This document shows, piece after piece, positions 48,556 through 61,119 of a stretch of DNA of 64,000 bases (its first letter is position 1; each line of letters begins with the position of its first letter). The notes below the pieces were generated by a model, which was not told the DNA's origin, made no database searches, and was given only the letters and a program-made list of their open reading frames with translations. The stretch covers positions 1 through 64,000 of the forward strand of contig NIVC01003258.1 in the NCBI GenBank assembly GCA_002269645.1, read 5' to 3'. The stretch is from Macrostomum lignano (Eukaryota). Made by a program: the position numbers and the translations under genes.

Positions 48556-49873
48556 CGAGGGGTGATCAAAAAGTTCTGCAACCTTTTGTTATAGCTTTTA
48601 GTTATAGAATCGGCAAAAGCCAAAAACTTACACATATGCGGCTATATCTGTTTGCTATATTTATATGCATTTTTGGCTTCCAAATGTGCTCCAGTAAAAT
48701 TTCACAGCCATATATTTTCCATGTGTTTTCAGTAGCTGATGGAAACATCAAAAGACAGTGTTCGCTTCTATATCTTTATGCGCATGCAACTTGGTTGCAA
48801 AGTGACTGAGACTCACACCGATCTGGTGAATGTTTTAGCTGACTCTGCTCCATCATTTGACACGGTTGCCCGCTGGCTGCGCCATTTCTTGGAAGGCTGG
48901 GACAGCTTCAACGACGAACCGAGGTCTGGCCGACCCCGGAAATCCGTGACCGAAGATGTCGTGGCCCATGCCGATGCAATAATTCGTGAGGATTGGAGCA
49001 TTATGCTGAGATTCATTGCCTATGAGCTTGGTGTCAGCTATAGAAGTGCCCATAACATCATGCATGAGCAACTGGGCCGCACAAAGACCTGCGCTCGGTG
49101 GGTACCCCATCTTCTCACTCCGGAGCAGCAAGCAGAGAGGGTGCGCATCTGTCGCTTGTGGCTGCAAATGTTTGAGCCCCACGGCCCACGACAACTGTCG
49201 GATGTCATCACAGGAGACGAATGTTGGATCTCCTTCTTTACCATGAAGGATAAGCAGTCCAACATGGTCTGGCTAGCAGAAGATGAGCCAAGGCCTGAGG
49301 TGCTGAAGACCGGATTCCGCAGTCCGAAGCGGATGTTCACCATTTTTTTTAACTCTCAGGGTGTTGTAGCGGTGAACATCCTTCCAGCGGGTGCCACAGT
49401 GACTGCCAGGTACTACACAGACACTGTTCTGCCAGGCGTGCTGCAGGAGCGGCAGGAACGTGCGCGAACTAGGCATGGACCTCGACTCCTGCTGCACCAT
49501 GACAATGCGGCACCGCACAGAGCGGCCTCAACCATGGCGTACCTGGAGCAGCAGGGGGTCCGGCTGCTGCCCCATCCACCCTACTCTCTAGACCTAGCAC
49601 CGTGCGACTTTTGGCTGTTCCCGAGGATCAAATCCGTCATTTCTGGGAGGCCGTTTTCACGCATGCAAGACCTTGCCCAAGCGGTAAATTCAGCTCTACA
49701 GGGTATACCAACTTCGGAGTACCATGACTGCTTTCAGACATGGTGCACACGGATGCGACGGTGCATAGATAGTGGTGGAAAGTACTTTAAGGGAATGTGA
49801 CACTGATTAGACGCCTCGGCTGCTGTAGCACAGAGTTGTGAGGTCACTTGCAGAACTTTTTGATCACCCCTCG
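48556..49873 (+). mobile_element. Full-length mariner (Tc1/mariner, DD34D) transposon, 1318 bp
   Basis: Perfect 26-bp TIR CGAGGGGTGATCAAAAAGTTCTGCAA; TA target duplication at 48554-48555 and 49874-49875; contains an intact transposase ORF. Confidence 0.97.
48739..49800 (+). CDS. Mariner transposase, 353 aa
   Basis: RSGRP, WVPHLL, ITGDECW, LHHDNA, HPPYSLDLAPCDFWLFP; 34 residues between the second and third catalytic Asp. Confidence 0.95.
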   Translation: METSKDSVRFYIFMRMQLGCKVTETHTDLVNVLADSAPSFDTVARWLRHFLEGWDSFNDEPRSGRPRKSVTEDVVAHADAIIREDWSIMLRFIAYELGVSYRSAHNIMHEQLGRTKTCARWVPHLLTPEQQAERVRICRLWLQMFEPHGPRQLSDVITGDECWISFFTMKDKQSNMVWLAEDEPRPEVLKTGFRSPKRMFTIFFNSQGVVAVNILPAGATVTARYYTDTVLPGVLQERQERARTRHGPRLLLHHDNAAPHRAASTMAYLEQQGVRLLPHPPYSLDLAPCDFWLFPRIKSVISGRPFSRMQDLAQAVNSALQGIPTSEYHDCFQTWCTRMRRCIDSGGKYFKGM

Positions 49874-49996
49874 TATAATGTGCAATGAGCTTATTGTTAA
49901 TGTGCAAAATATATGCAGCAGATTAATGGCTATAACTAAATAAACTAAAACTACTGCATTCCCGCCTTTCCAAGTGAATTTATCGACCTTGGCAGC

Positions 49997-50236
49997 ATGC
50001 AAATACTTGAGTACAGTTGGCTGAGCTGGGAGAAGGGCTGTGGGGTTTTCGAGGAAGAGTTTCGCGTGCGGTTGTTGGCCACGGGCTGGGGCTTGCTGCA
50101 CCAGTGTACAGAGGAACTAGCTGCCCTGAGTACTGCACGTCCTGAGCTCTCAGTCTACACGGATGGCTCTGTACGCGGATCTTCTAGCCCTCCGCATGAA
50201 TCCTCTGAGAAGCCGGGACAGACAGACCGACTCTAA
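49997..50236 (+). mobile_element. Possible retroelement RNase H fragment
   Basis: GC-rich island encoding SVYTDGS, resembling the first catalytic motif of retroelement RNase H; nothing else recognisable. Confidence 0.25.
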
Positions 50237-50399
50237 AAGACTGAGCTCACTGAGAGGCCAGCTGTCTGTAGATTAGCATTGTATATTAGCATTATATTGC
50301 TCGAAATTGAGCAGTGCATTTTGGTAAGTTTTGAAGCCTTGAAAATCTCCATTGAATCCACAACAACTGCTCTCAAGATAATCGCTCAGAAACCCACAA

Positions 50400-50760
50400 A
50401 AATCGCCTCTAAACCCCAAAAATCTCCTCTAAACCCACAAAAATCGCCTCTAAACCACAAAAATCTCCTCTAAACCCACAAAAATCGCCTCTAAACCCAA
50501 CAAAAATCGCCTCTAAACCCAACAAAAATCTCCTCTAAACCCACAAATATCCTATAAACCCACAAAAATCTTCTAAAATCTTCTCTAAACCCACAAAAAT
50601 CTCCTATAAACCCACGAAAATCGCCTCTAAACCCCAAAAATCTCTAAACCCACAAAAATCTCTAAACCCACAAAAATCGCCTCTAAACCCACAAAAATCG
50701 CCTCTAAACCCCAAAAATCTCTAAACCCACAAAAATCGCCTCTTAACTCAAAAAATCGCC
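50400..50760. repeat. Degenerate ~19-21-bp minisatellite AAAAATCGCCTCTAAACCCAC
   Basis: Direct inspection. Confidence 0.85.
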
Positions 50761-50850
50761 CCAAACATAATCAACTTACTTCTCTTCACCAAGAAACGCC
50801 CACCTCCACCCATCAGTTGAGTCGCAACTCAACCCCATCCCAGCGAGTCG

Positions 50851-53800
50851 ATGTCCTCAACTTACGGCTTCAAAATCTGCGACGTGGCCAGCAAGCTGAT
50901 GTCGGAGATTGACGCGCCAGGCGGCGGGCTGGAGTACACCCGCTACCTGGCCGACAATCTGGACCTCATCCGCCGGGCGGCCACCTACAAGCTGGAGCGG
51001 ACGGAGCCGGACTGCCGCTACCTGTGGTCGCCGGTGCACGCGGCGGCCCGGCAGGGCAGGCGAGACATTCTCGAGATTTTCCTCCATGCCGCCTGCTGGA
51101 TGGAGGGTCAGGACGAGAGGAAACGGGCGCCTGTGTGGTACGCAGCTCGCTACGGACATCTGGAGGTGAGCCTGGGGAGAGTGGTGCTGCTTGTCCGCTG
51201 TGCATCAGCTCTTTATCTTCTGCCTCTCTGTTTCTCCTCGGCCTCTCCTCATCAGCTTCTACCTCTACCTCAGCCTCTCCTTCTCAGCCTCTCCCTCTCA
51301 GCCTCTCCTTCTCAGCCTCTCCTTCTCAGCCTCTCCTTCTCAGCCTCTCCTTCTCAGCCTCTCCTTCTCAGCCTCTCCCTCTCAGCCTCTCCCTCAGCCT
51401 CTCCCTCTCAGCCTCTCCTTCTCAGCCTCTCCCTGCAGCCTCTCCCTCTCAGCCTCTCCTTCTCAGCCTCTCCCTCTCAGCCTCTCCCTCAGCCTCTCCC
51501 TTTCAGCCTCTCCATCTCAGCCTCTCCCTCTCAGCCTCTCCCTCAGCATCTCCCTCTCAGCCTCTCCCTCAGCCTCTCCCTCAGCCTCTCCCTCAGCCTC
51601 TCCCCTCAGCCTCTCCTCAGCCTCTCCCTCAGCCTCTCCCCCTCAGCCTCTCCTTCTCAGCCTCTCCCTCAGCCTCTCCTTCTCAGCCTCTCCTTCTCAG
51701 CCTCTCCTTCTCAGCCTCTCCCTCTCAGCCTCTCCCTCAGCCTCTCCCCTCAGCCTCTCCTTCTCAGCCTCTCCCTGCAGCCTCTCCCTCTCAGCCTCTC
51801 CTTCTCAGCCTCTCCCTCTCAGCCTCTCCCTCAGCCTCTCCTTCTCAGCCTCTCCTTCTCAGCCTCTCCCCTCAGCCTCTCCTTCTCAGCCTCTCCTTCT
51901 CAGCCTCTCCCCTCAGCCTCTCCCTGTCAGCCGCAGTCAGGCCGCACACTCTGACTCCTTCCTCCATCCAGGCGGTGCAGCTGCTGGTTGACTCCGGCAT
52001 GAAATTCAAATACGGCGACGTCGACGGCTGGTCGCCGCTGCACGCCGCCAGCCGCTACGGCCACCTGGGCATCGCGCAGCTCCTCATCCGGCACGACAGC
52101 CCCGTGAACCACTGCGACGCCATCGGGTGGACGCCTTTGCACAAAGCTGTCTGGGGCGACCACCTGCAGGTGTGCCAGCACCTGGTCCGCTTCGGCGCTT
52201 CGGTCAACGCTACCACCTTCAACGACAGGGTGACGCCGCTGCACCTCGCCTGCTACAGGGTCAACACCAGAGCCGCCCGGCTGTTCATGTCCAAGTCCAC
52301 TGACATTTCGCAGGGCACCGCCAAGGGTGTGACGCCCCTGATGGTGGCCTCCCAGCTGGGCAGTCACGAGCTAGTGGAGTACTTGACCTTCTCGGGGGCG
52401 TCGGTTAACGAGAGAACGGCGTGGCACTCCACTCCGATGCACTACGCTGCGGAAGCCGGCCACACCAGCGTGGTGACCCTGCTGATGCGGAAGGGAGCCG
52501 ATCCCGATAAGTGAGATTTGCTTGCATTTCTACTGTTAGTAGGATAATTCAGGTTGGGCTGGAGATTTCACTGTGCGACTTTTAAGAAGTTTTTCATTTT
52601 TTTAGTTTTCTATTGTTAGTAGGTAAATTCAGGAATTCATCTTTAACTGCCACTGTCATTTCTATTTATATCATGTATATTCTCAGGTCTGTAAGGTTTC
52701 GGGTTTCTGAAGTTTCAGATTTGTGACGATTCGAATCTATATCTGTCTGTGAAGACTCGGATTTGTGAAGATTCGAATTATTGAGGATTCGGGTTTGTGG
52801 AGATTCGGTTTTGTAAAGATTCGGGTCTGTGAAAATTCGGGTTTGTGAAGACCCGGGTTTGCGAAGATTCGGGTTTGTAAAGATTGATCGTGTTTGTGAA
52901 GATTCGGGTTTGTGAATATCCGGGTTTGTGAAGATTCCAGTTTGTGAAGATTCCAGTTTGTGAATATTCGTGTTTATAAAGATTCGGGTTTGTAAAGATT
53001 CGGGTTTGTGAAGATTGATCGTGTTTGTGAAGATTCGGGTTTGTGAAGATTCGGGTTTGTGAAGATTCGGGTTTGTGAAGATTCGGGTTTGTAAAGATTC
53101 GGGATTGTGAAGATTTTTTGTGAAGATTCGGGTTTGTGAAGATTCGGGTTTGTGAAGATTCGGGTTTGTGAAGATTCGAGTGTAACCCTCCCGTCGCCTC
53201 ACGCAGGCTGAACCGTCACGGCTGGACTCCGTTTCTTTTGGCTGCCCGTCACGGCCACCTTCCAGTCTGCAGAGCGCTCCGACTCAAGGGCGCCAACGCC
53301 AGAGCAGTGCTCAGGCCCCACGGCTACACGGCTGTGCACCTGGCCTGCTTAGCCGGTGACCTGGAAACCCTCGCCTACCTGGTCGACAGTCTCGAACTAC
53401 CCGTGGACTCGCGCGACTCCAAGGGTCGAACCCCGGTCCACCTGTGCGCTGTTCGCGGCTTCGACGATTGCCTCCAGCTGCTGTTGAAACGCGGCGCTAG
53501 ACTTGACAATCGGGACCACCGAGGCCGGACTCCCGTGAGTGCTCAGCTCATCTGCATTTTTCTTCAGATTTTCATTTTAAAGATTTTAAAAACTTATGAC
53601 ATTGTCGATGGCCTCAGCTTAGTCTGCGCGGAGCTTTGTTTTGATTGTCTCTTGGGCCGGCCACAAGAGTTGGCAAAAGTTGAGCTTCTGGGAGAGGGTG
53701 TGGCATGATTAGAGAGGGTGTGGGATGATTAGAGAGGGTGTGGGATGATTAGAGGGTGTGGGATGATTAGAGAGGGTGTGGGATGATTAGAGGGTGTGGG

Positions 53801-55056
53801 ATGATTAGAGAGGGTGTGGGATGATTAGAGGGTGTGGGATGATTAGAGAGGGTGTGGGATGATTAGAGAGGGTGTGGGATGATTAGAGAGGGTGTGGGAT
53901 GATTAGAGAGGGTGTGGGATGATTAGAGAGGGTGTGGGATGATTAGAGAGGGTGTGGGATGATTAGAGAGGGTGTGGGATGATTAGAGAGGGTGTGGGAT
54001 GATTAGAGAGGGTGTGGGATGATTAGAGAGGGTGTGGGATGATTAGAGAGGGTGTGGGATGATTAGAGGGTGTGGGATGATTAGAGAGGGTGTGGGATGA
54101 TTAGAGAGGGTGTGGGATGATTAGAGAGGGTGTGGGATGATTAGAGAGGGTGTGGGATGATTAGAGAGGGTGTGGGATGATTAGAGAGGGTGTGGGATGA
54201 TTAGAGAGGGTGTGGGATGATTAGAGAGGGTGTGGGATGATTAGAGAGGGTGTGGGATGATTAGAGGGTGTGAGATGATGAGAGAGGGTCTGAGAGGGTG
54301 TCAGAGAGTGTGAGATGATGATGATGAGAGAGGGTGTGAGAGAGTGTGAGATGATAAGAGGGTGTGAGAGAGTGTGAGATGATAAGAGGGTGTGAGAGAG
54401 TGTGAGATGATGAGAGGGTGTGAGAGAGTGTGAGATGATGAGAGGGTGTGAGAGAGTGTGAGATGATAAGAGGGTGTGAGAGAGTGTGAGATGATAAGAG
54501 GGTGTGAGAGAGTGTGAGATGATAAGAGGGTGTGAGAGAGTGTGAGATGATGAGAGGGTGTGAGAGAGTGTGAGATGATAAGAGGGTGTGAGAGGATGAG
54601 AGGGTGTGAGAGAGTGTGAGATGATGAGAGGGTGTGAGAGAGTGAGATGATGAGAGGGGGTGTATCATGGTGTGACATGATGAGGTGTGAGAGGGTGTAG
54701 GAGGGTATGAGATGATGTGAGATGATGAGATGATGATGATATTAGAGATGCTTAGAGAGAATTGGGTGTCAGAGAGTGAGATCGACAAGCTTCGCATGCG
54801 AGAGTCACAGAGAAGTCGCAGAATTACATGCAGCTGCATCTACACCAAGATGTTAGAAATTGTGACAATTTCAAAAGCAGAGGAGAAAGAGAAGCCGATT
54901 GATGCAAGCCAATCAATCACACTGCCCCGGCAGGTCCACCTGGCCACTCTAGCGGGCTACATCAGCTTGGCAAAGCAGCTCATTCTCAACGGCGCCAGCC
55001 TGTGGGACGCACTCAAGGCGCTGCTGTGGACGGCCAACAAGATTAAAGCCGACTGA
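50851..55056 (+). CDS. Ankyrin-repeat protein (~434 aa), join(50851..51165,51972..52510,53207..53534,54934..55056)
   Basis: Repeated ankyrin motifs (SPVHAAA, WSPLHAA, WTPLHKA, VTPLHLA, VTPLMVA, STPMHYA, WTPFLLA, YTAVHLA, RTPVHLC, RTP-VHLA across the last intron); all junctions GT-AG and in phase. Confidence 0.85.
51240..51925. repeat. Intronic CT-rich satellite (TCTCAGCCTCTCC)
   Basis: Direct inspection; lies in ankyrin gene intron 1 and happens to be stop-free. Confidence 0.9.
52750..53178. repeat. Intronic 16-bp minisatellite GTGAAGATTCGGGTTT
   Basis: Direct inspection. Confidence 0.9.
53700..54660. repeat. Intronic 20-bp minisatellite GGGTGTGGGATGATTAGAGA grading into GAGAGTGTGAGATGAT variants
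   Basis: Direct inspection; switch near 54270. Confidence 0.95.
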
Positions 55057-55169
55057 TTATTGTATTAACGCCAATATTCATTTTTGTTTTCTCGTGCGGC
55101 TGTGCCCCTCTCTCCACCCTACCCACCTCGCTCAACATCCTGCCAACTTCACTTCCCAGTTCCACCGTC

Positions 55170-56190
55170 ACAATTCTACTCTACCCAACTTCTCTCTCCA
55201 CTCTTCCCAAACATCTTCCTACTCTACCCAACATCTCCCCACTCTATCCAATATCCCCCCTTTCTACCCAACATCTCCCTACTCTACCCAACATTTCCAC
55301 ACTCTACCCAACATCTCCCTACTCTACCCAACATCTCCCTACTCTTCCCAAACATCTTCCTACTCTACCCAACATCTCCCCACTCTACCCAACATCTCCC
55401 TACTCTACCCAACATCTCCCCACTCTACCCAACATCTCCCTACTCTACCCAACATCTCCCTACTCTACCCAACATCTCCCTACTTTACCCAACATCTCCC
55501 TACTCTACCCAACATATCCCTACTCTACCCAACATCTCCCTACTCTACCCAACATATCCCTACTCTACCCAACTTCTCTCTCCACTCTTCCCAAACATCT
55601 TCCTACTCTACCCAACATCTCCCCACTCTACCCAACATCTCCCTACTCTACCCAACATCTCCCCACTCTACCCAACATCTCCCTACTCTACCCAACATCT
55701 CCCTACTCTACCCAACATCTCCCTACTTTACCCAACATCTCCCTACTCTACCCAACATATCCCTACTCTACCCAACATCTCCCTACTCTACCCAACATAT
55801 CCCTACTCTACCCAACTTCTCTCTCCACTCTTCCCAAACATCTTCCTACTCTACCCAACATCTCCCCACTCTATCCAATATCCCCCCTTTCTACCCAACA
55901 TCTCCCTACTCTACCCAACATTTCCACACTCTACCCAACATCTCCCTACTCTACCCAACATCTCCCTACTCTACCTAATATCTCCCTACTCTTCCCAACA
56001 TCTCCCTACTCTACCCAACATCTCCCTACTCTACCCAACATCTCCCTACTTTACCCAACATCTCCCTACTCTACCCAACATCTCCCTACTCTACCCAACA
56101 TCTCCCTACTCTACCCAACATCTCCCCACTCTACCCAACATCTCCCTACTCTACCCAACATCTCCCTGTCCCTACTCTACCCAACATCTC
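55170..56190. repeat. 20-bp minisatellite CTACTCTACCCAACATCTCC
   Basis: Direct inspection; downstream of the ankyrin gene stop. Confidence 0.95.
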
Positions 56191-56794
56191 CCACTCAAAA
56201 ACAATTAGAACTGAGGCGCACCGCCTCTGCTTTTCAATGAGCAGTATTTGAAAGTTTTTTCTTTTTGCTCCAATTTCTTTTCAAAATTGTTGTTCAAAAC
56301 TGTTCAAAATATACAAAATCAGTTAGAACAAAGTCAGATAAAAGCAATGAAAGTTTCTGATTTCGCACACCAATGAATTGCAGGTTGGCGTGACTGGCTA
56401 GAAGTGGAGTATATTTGTACAACACTGGGCAACAATATGCAATGCAATTTGTACGCGAATTATAACTAGTTTAGTATGTTTGTCAGAAACACAGAGATTA
56501 CTAACTGTAGTTAGTTTAGTAAAGGACAAATATAACTTTATTAAAGATTGAATACCCGTGAACTATAAAACTAAGCTGTGGGGTTAGTTCACAGTACTTT
56601 TGAATCTCGTGCTTGACTCAGTTACTCTTATTATTTCTAGCACTCACTCAGCACTCATCAATCAGTCACTCCCATCTAGTCACTTTGAATGGGTCACACA
56701 CAGTTGCTATAAATAAGTCCATCTTAACCAGTCACTCTGTCACTCTTATCAACCATTCTAAAAAGTCACTCGCAATCAGTCACTCTAAACAAGT

Positions 56795-56975
56795 CACTCT
56801 CAATCAGTCACTCTAAACAAGTCACTCTCAATCAGTCGCTCTAAACAAGTCACTCTCAATCAGTCACTCTAAACAAGTCACTCTCAATCAGTCACTCTAA
56901 ACAAGTCACTCTCAATCAGTCACTCTAAACAAGTCACTCTCAATCAGTCACTCTAAGCAAGTCACTCTCAATCTG
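56795..56975. repeat. 28-bp minisatellite CAAGTCACTCTCAATCAGTCACTCTAAA
   Basis: Direct inspection; just downstream of the PRPF31 stop. Confidence 0.9.
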
Positions 56976-57015
56976 TCACCCTAAACGAGTCACTCTCCGA
57001 CCAAGTCCCTCGATC

Positions 57016-60000
57016 TCAGCTGGTCCCAGAGGTGGACGGGCCTCCAGCCGCCCTCTTAGCCGCCCCCAGCAGATCCGTGCCAACGTGAAAGAAAGTACTC
57101 TTTGTACCGAAATACTTGGCATTAGCCCCCTCCTCTTCGGCCGAACGCTCCGACGCTCTCGGATTGACAATCTCCAAGCCCTGCACCGGGGTGAAGGCAA
57201 CCGAGGACACGGTGCCGCTGACAGGTCGCCTCATGGTGCTGGCGCCTCCGTGAAGCTGGTTCAGCTGATGCCGCTGCAGCTGCTGCTCCTGACGTTGCAG
57301 CTTCTGGGCGAGCGCTTTGGACACTCGGGCTTTGGTCTTCGCGTCAGCTACCGGGGCGCGGATTCGGCCGCTGGACGAACGGCCGAGATTGCCGAGCGAG
57401 AAACCCAGGTCCTCCTGGTAGGCGTCGTCCTGGGAAGGGAGGGTTGGTTTCTGCCTATGCAGTGCTTGTAGACACCTGACTGCTCACTGTCAGGTAGACT
57501 CCTGACTGCTCACTGTCAGGTAGACTCCTGACTGCTCACTGTCAGGTAGACTCCTGACTGCTCACTGTCAGGTAGACTCCTGACTGCTCACTGTCAGGTA
57601 GACTCCTGACTGCTCACTGTCAGGTAGACTCCTGACTGCTCACTGTCAGGTAGACCCCTGACTGCTCACTGTCAGGTAGACTCCTGACTGCTCACTGTCA
57701 GGTAGACCCCTGACTGCTCACTGTCAGGTAGACTCCTGACTGCTCACTGTCAGGTAGACTCCTGACTGCTCACTGTCAGGTAGACTCCTGACTGCTCACT
57801 GTCAGGTAGACTCCTGACTGCTCACTGTCAGGTAGACTAGTGACTGCTCACTGTCAGGTAGACTCCTGACTGCTCACTGTCAGGTAGACTCCTGACTACT
57901 CACTGTCAGGTAGACTCCTGACTGCTCACTGTCAGGTAGACTCCTGACTACTCACTGTCAGGTTGCCAGGGACTAGAGGAATGGGCGATCCCCTCCGCTG
58001 CATCCGCTGGACAGTACCCCATGCAGCTAAGTCAAGTAAGTACCTGAACATCGCCAAAATTGATGCGATTGGCTGCCTTTCGCATCTCGGTCATGCCAAG
58101 TCGCTCCTTCATCTTGCGGTGCCGACGACCGCCGCGCTTCTTCGACGGCGGATCGATTGGCGCGGTGAGCGGCTTCACCTGTAGCGGCGGGTGGGTCTCT
58201 ACTTGTCTCTACTTGTCTCTACTTGTCTCTACCTGTCTCTGTCTCTACCTGTCTCTACTTGTCTCTACTTGTCTCTACTTGTCTCTAACTGTCTCTACCT
58301 GTCTCTACTTGTCTCTACCTGTCTCTAATTGTCTCTACCTGTCTCTACTTGTCTCTACCTGTCTCTAATTGTCTCTACCTGTCTCTACTTGTCTCTACCT
58401 GTCTCTACTTGTCTCTACTTGTCTCTACCTGTCTCTACTTGTCTCTACCTGTCTCTACCTGTCTCTACTTGTCTCTACCTGTCTCTACTTGTCTCTACCT
58501 GTCTCTACCTGTCTCTACTTGTCTCTACCTGTCTCTACCTGTCTCTATTTGTCTCTATCCGTCTCTACCTGTCTCTATCCGTCTCTACCTGTCTCTATCC
58601 GTCTCTACCTGTCTCTACTTGTCTCTACCTGTCTCTACCTGTCTCTACCTGTCTCTACTTGTCTCTACTTGTCTCTACCTGTCTCTACCTGTCTCTACTT
58701 GTCTCTATCCGTCTCTACCTGTCTCTACTTGTCTCTACCTGTCTCTACTTGTCTCTACCTGTCTCTACCTGTCTCTATTTGTCTCTACCTGTCTCTATCT
58801 GTCTCTACCTGTATCTATCTGTCTCTACATATCTCTAAATGCGTTTAAATGTCTCTATCCCTTCTAGTTGTCTTTACTTGCCTTCCCCTTCGCTTAATAC
58901 CCTTTTCCCAACTACATACATGTAAGCCTTGCTCTCTATTCTGCTCCTTTGTCAACCTCGCACTACTGTCCTTCCTACGGGCTCTGCCCATCAGATCGCA
59001 CCTGTTTGACCGGTGGAGGCTCGGTCAGCTTTTCAAACTTCAATTCTAATTCCATGTTCAGCTGGCGACCCCTGCTCCCGTCGGGAGCCTGATGAAAATT
59101 GTCCACCCTGGCGGCCAGGGTGCACTTGGCCGCAATCAGGCGGACGGCCTTGCTACGGAGGTCCGGCGGCAGCGAGCGGACAGCGGCGCACTCGTACAGA
59201 TGGCCGCGGTGGAGGCCCTGGGTGGCGCTGGAGAAACCAGATAGCTGCTTGCGGGTGGAGCCAAGGACCTGCGGTGGGGTTTTGGGATGTACAAGCTGAA
59301 TTGATTTTGTTGGAAACTGGGGATCTGGGATGGTGACTGCTCAAATTGGGGATATGAGATGGTGACTGCTCAAATTGGGGATCTGGGATGGTGACTGCTC
59401 AAATTGGGGATCTGGGATGATTTGACTGCTCAAATTGGGGATCTGGGATGGTTTGACTGCTCAAATTGGGGATCTGAGATGGTGACTGCTCAAATTGGGG
59501 ATCTGGGATGATTTGACTGCTCAAATTGGGGATCTGGGATGGTTTGACTGCTCAAATTGGGGATCTGAGATGGTGACTGCTCAAATTGGGGATCTGGGAT
59601 GGTTTGACTGCTCAAATTGGGGATCTGAGATGGTGACTGCTCAAATTGGGGATCTGGGATGGTGACTGCTCAAATTGGGGATCTGGGATGGTGACTGCTA
59701 AAATTGGAGATCTGAGAAGCTGACCCATCAACTGAGTACCCAACACTCACCTGAATATTGCAGCTGGGCATTCTAATCAAGGCAGACAGACCACCCGCAG
59801 AGCCCAGCAATTTAGCTGCCACCGAGGCGCCAACAACAGCAGACAAATTCGGTGCAATGAGCTGCATCCTTGACTCAACATAGCTCAATATTCGTTCCCG
59901 TTGAACTAGCAATTTATTAGCCATATCGCAGGCTTCCATAATCCAGTCGAGCTCCTGATCGGACAGCCTAACGCCTTGAGTAGTTGAAGCGGTCACCGAC

Positions 60001-61037
60001 ACCACCATGATGGTGGCAGGAGCCAGGTAAGGCCGGAGGGTGCCGGGGCACTTGGACCGCTCCAAAGGTTCGTTGCCCAACTGCTGTACAGTTTGCAAGT
60101 ACTCAACAGGCGACGGTACAAGGGTCTCTAGCTCCGGGAATCGAGTCGCGTACCTATCCCGGCAGTACCGGTGAATTATGTGAATTTCGTCGTCAATTTT
60201 AACGGCTAAATTGTTGGCCTCGACAATGAGCTGGTATTCGGGGTCCGCTTCGACCTGGCGGGAGAGAAAAACGGGATTCGATAACAAATTCTTTCTAGGC
60301 GAAATTTCAGTCTAGATATTTTTCGAGTTTTCCAAGAAATTAGTCAGAATATTTCTTAGAAATAACTAATCTTCAAAACTAGAAATTGGGCCAAGTTAAT
60401 TTAAACAAATAGGTTTGTCCTTCCAGAAATTAGGGCAATGCCTTAACAGAAAATAGACTGATGTCTTTCTAAGAAATCTAGAATTTTAAAGAAATTAGCC
60501 GATATCTTTTCAAGAAATGAGCGGAATTTTCTAGGAAACGTCGATGTCTTTCTAGGAAATCGGCCAATATCTTTCTAGGAAACGAACCAGAATCTTTCGA
60601 GGAAAAAGCCTATATTTTTCTTGGAAATGAGTTGTAATCTTTCTAGGAAATCAGCCAATATCTTTCTAGGAAAGCAGCCGGATTCATTCTAGGAAATGAG
60701 CCGAAAACATCTGTCCATCAATGCTTAACAAACGGCTCTACCAACTCACGGGCCCTTGAATTTCGCTGGCCTGCCGCTTCGGGCCAGCTTCGAATGCTTC
60801 GATCTGTTCCAGCACCCGGGCCAGTTGCTCGCTGTCGCTCAGCTTGGCAACCGAGTGCACCGGGCCGCTAGCGGCCGAGGCCGCCAACTGCGCGGCGACG
60901 GCAGCTGCGGCCGCAGCCGAGTCCGCGCCATCGCCATTGTTGAACTCCTCGGAGTCAATCGGTTCCTCCTTGATGGCGTCGGCGGCGGCGGCCGCGGTCT
61001 CCTCCAAATCTGCCAGGAGCTCTTCGGTGAGCGACAT
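57016..61037 (-). CDS. PRPF31: U4/U6 snRNP protein Prp31, complement(join(57016..57429,58044..58178,59002..59268,59751..60254,60750..61037)), ~535 aa
   Basis: MSLTEELLADLEE; GP-VEADPEYQLIVEANN; RFPELE; IAPNLSAVVGASVAAKL; MPSCNIQ-VLG; AAKCTLAARVD; EPPPVKQ-VKPL; KKRGGRR...KERLGMTEMRK; SGTVSSVAFTPVQGLEIVNP. All four introns are phase 0 and GT-AG. Confidence 0.97.
57478..57962. repeat. Intronic 26-bp minisatellite CTGACTGCTCACTGTCAGGTAGACTC
   Basis: Direct inspection. Confidence 0.95.
58195..58830. repeat. Intronic 10-bp satellite TGTCTCTAC(C/T)
   Basis: Direct inspection. Confidence 0.95.
59320..59715. repeat. Intronic 29-31-bp minisatellite GGTGACTGCTCAAATTGGGGATCTGGGAT
   Basis: Direct inspection. 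Confidence 0.95.
60470..60710. repeat. Degenerate intronic repeat with core TCTTTCTAGGAAAT
   Basis: The core recurs several times with variable spacers. Confidence 0.65.
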
Positions 61038-61119
61038 GACTCAGTGCGCGAATGACGAGTCTTTGGAGCTGAAGAATGAAGATTTGGATGGATTTTTAAC
61101 TAGAGGGATTAAAGCTGGC

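Noticed and set aside
51024-52514. 496-aa ORF implying a Ser/Pro-rich insert in the ankyrin protein
   Set aside because: Canonical donor at 51166 and acceptor at 51971 remove the satellite as an intron.
55084-56208. 374-aa and 294-aa ORFs (likewise 58329-58867 and 61041-63280)
   Set aside because: Minisatellite translations.
57478-57962. Idea that this array is a multiplied PRPF31 splice donor (unit contains GTGAG on the minus strand)
   Set aside because: Protein homology places the true donor at 58043, about 80 nt away, so the array is intron-internal.
57985-58030. Small hairpin GCTGCAT...ATGCAGC in a PRPF31 intron
   Set aside because: Only a 7-bp stem, with no C/D or H/ACA boxes at proper spacing.
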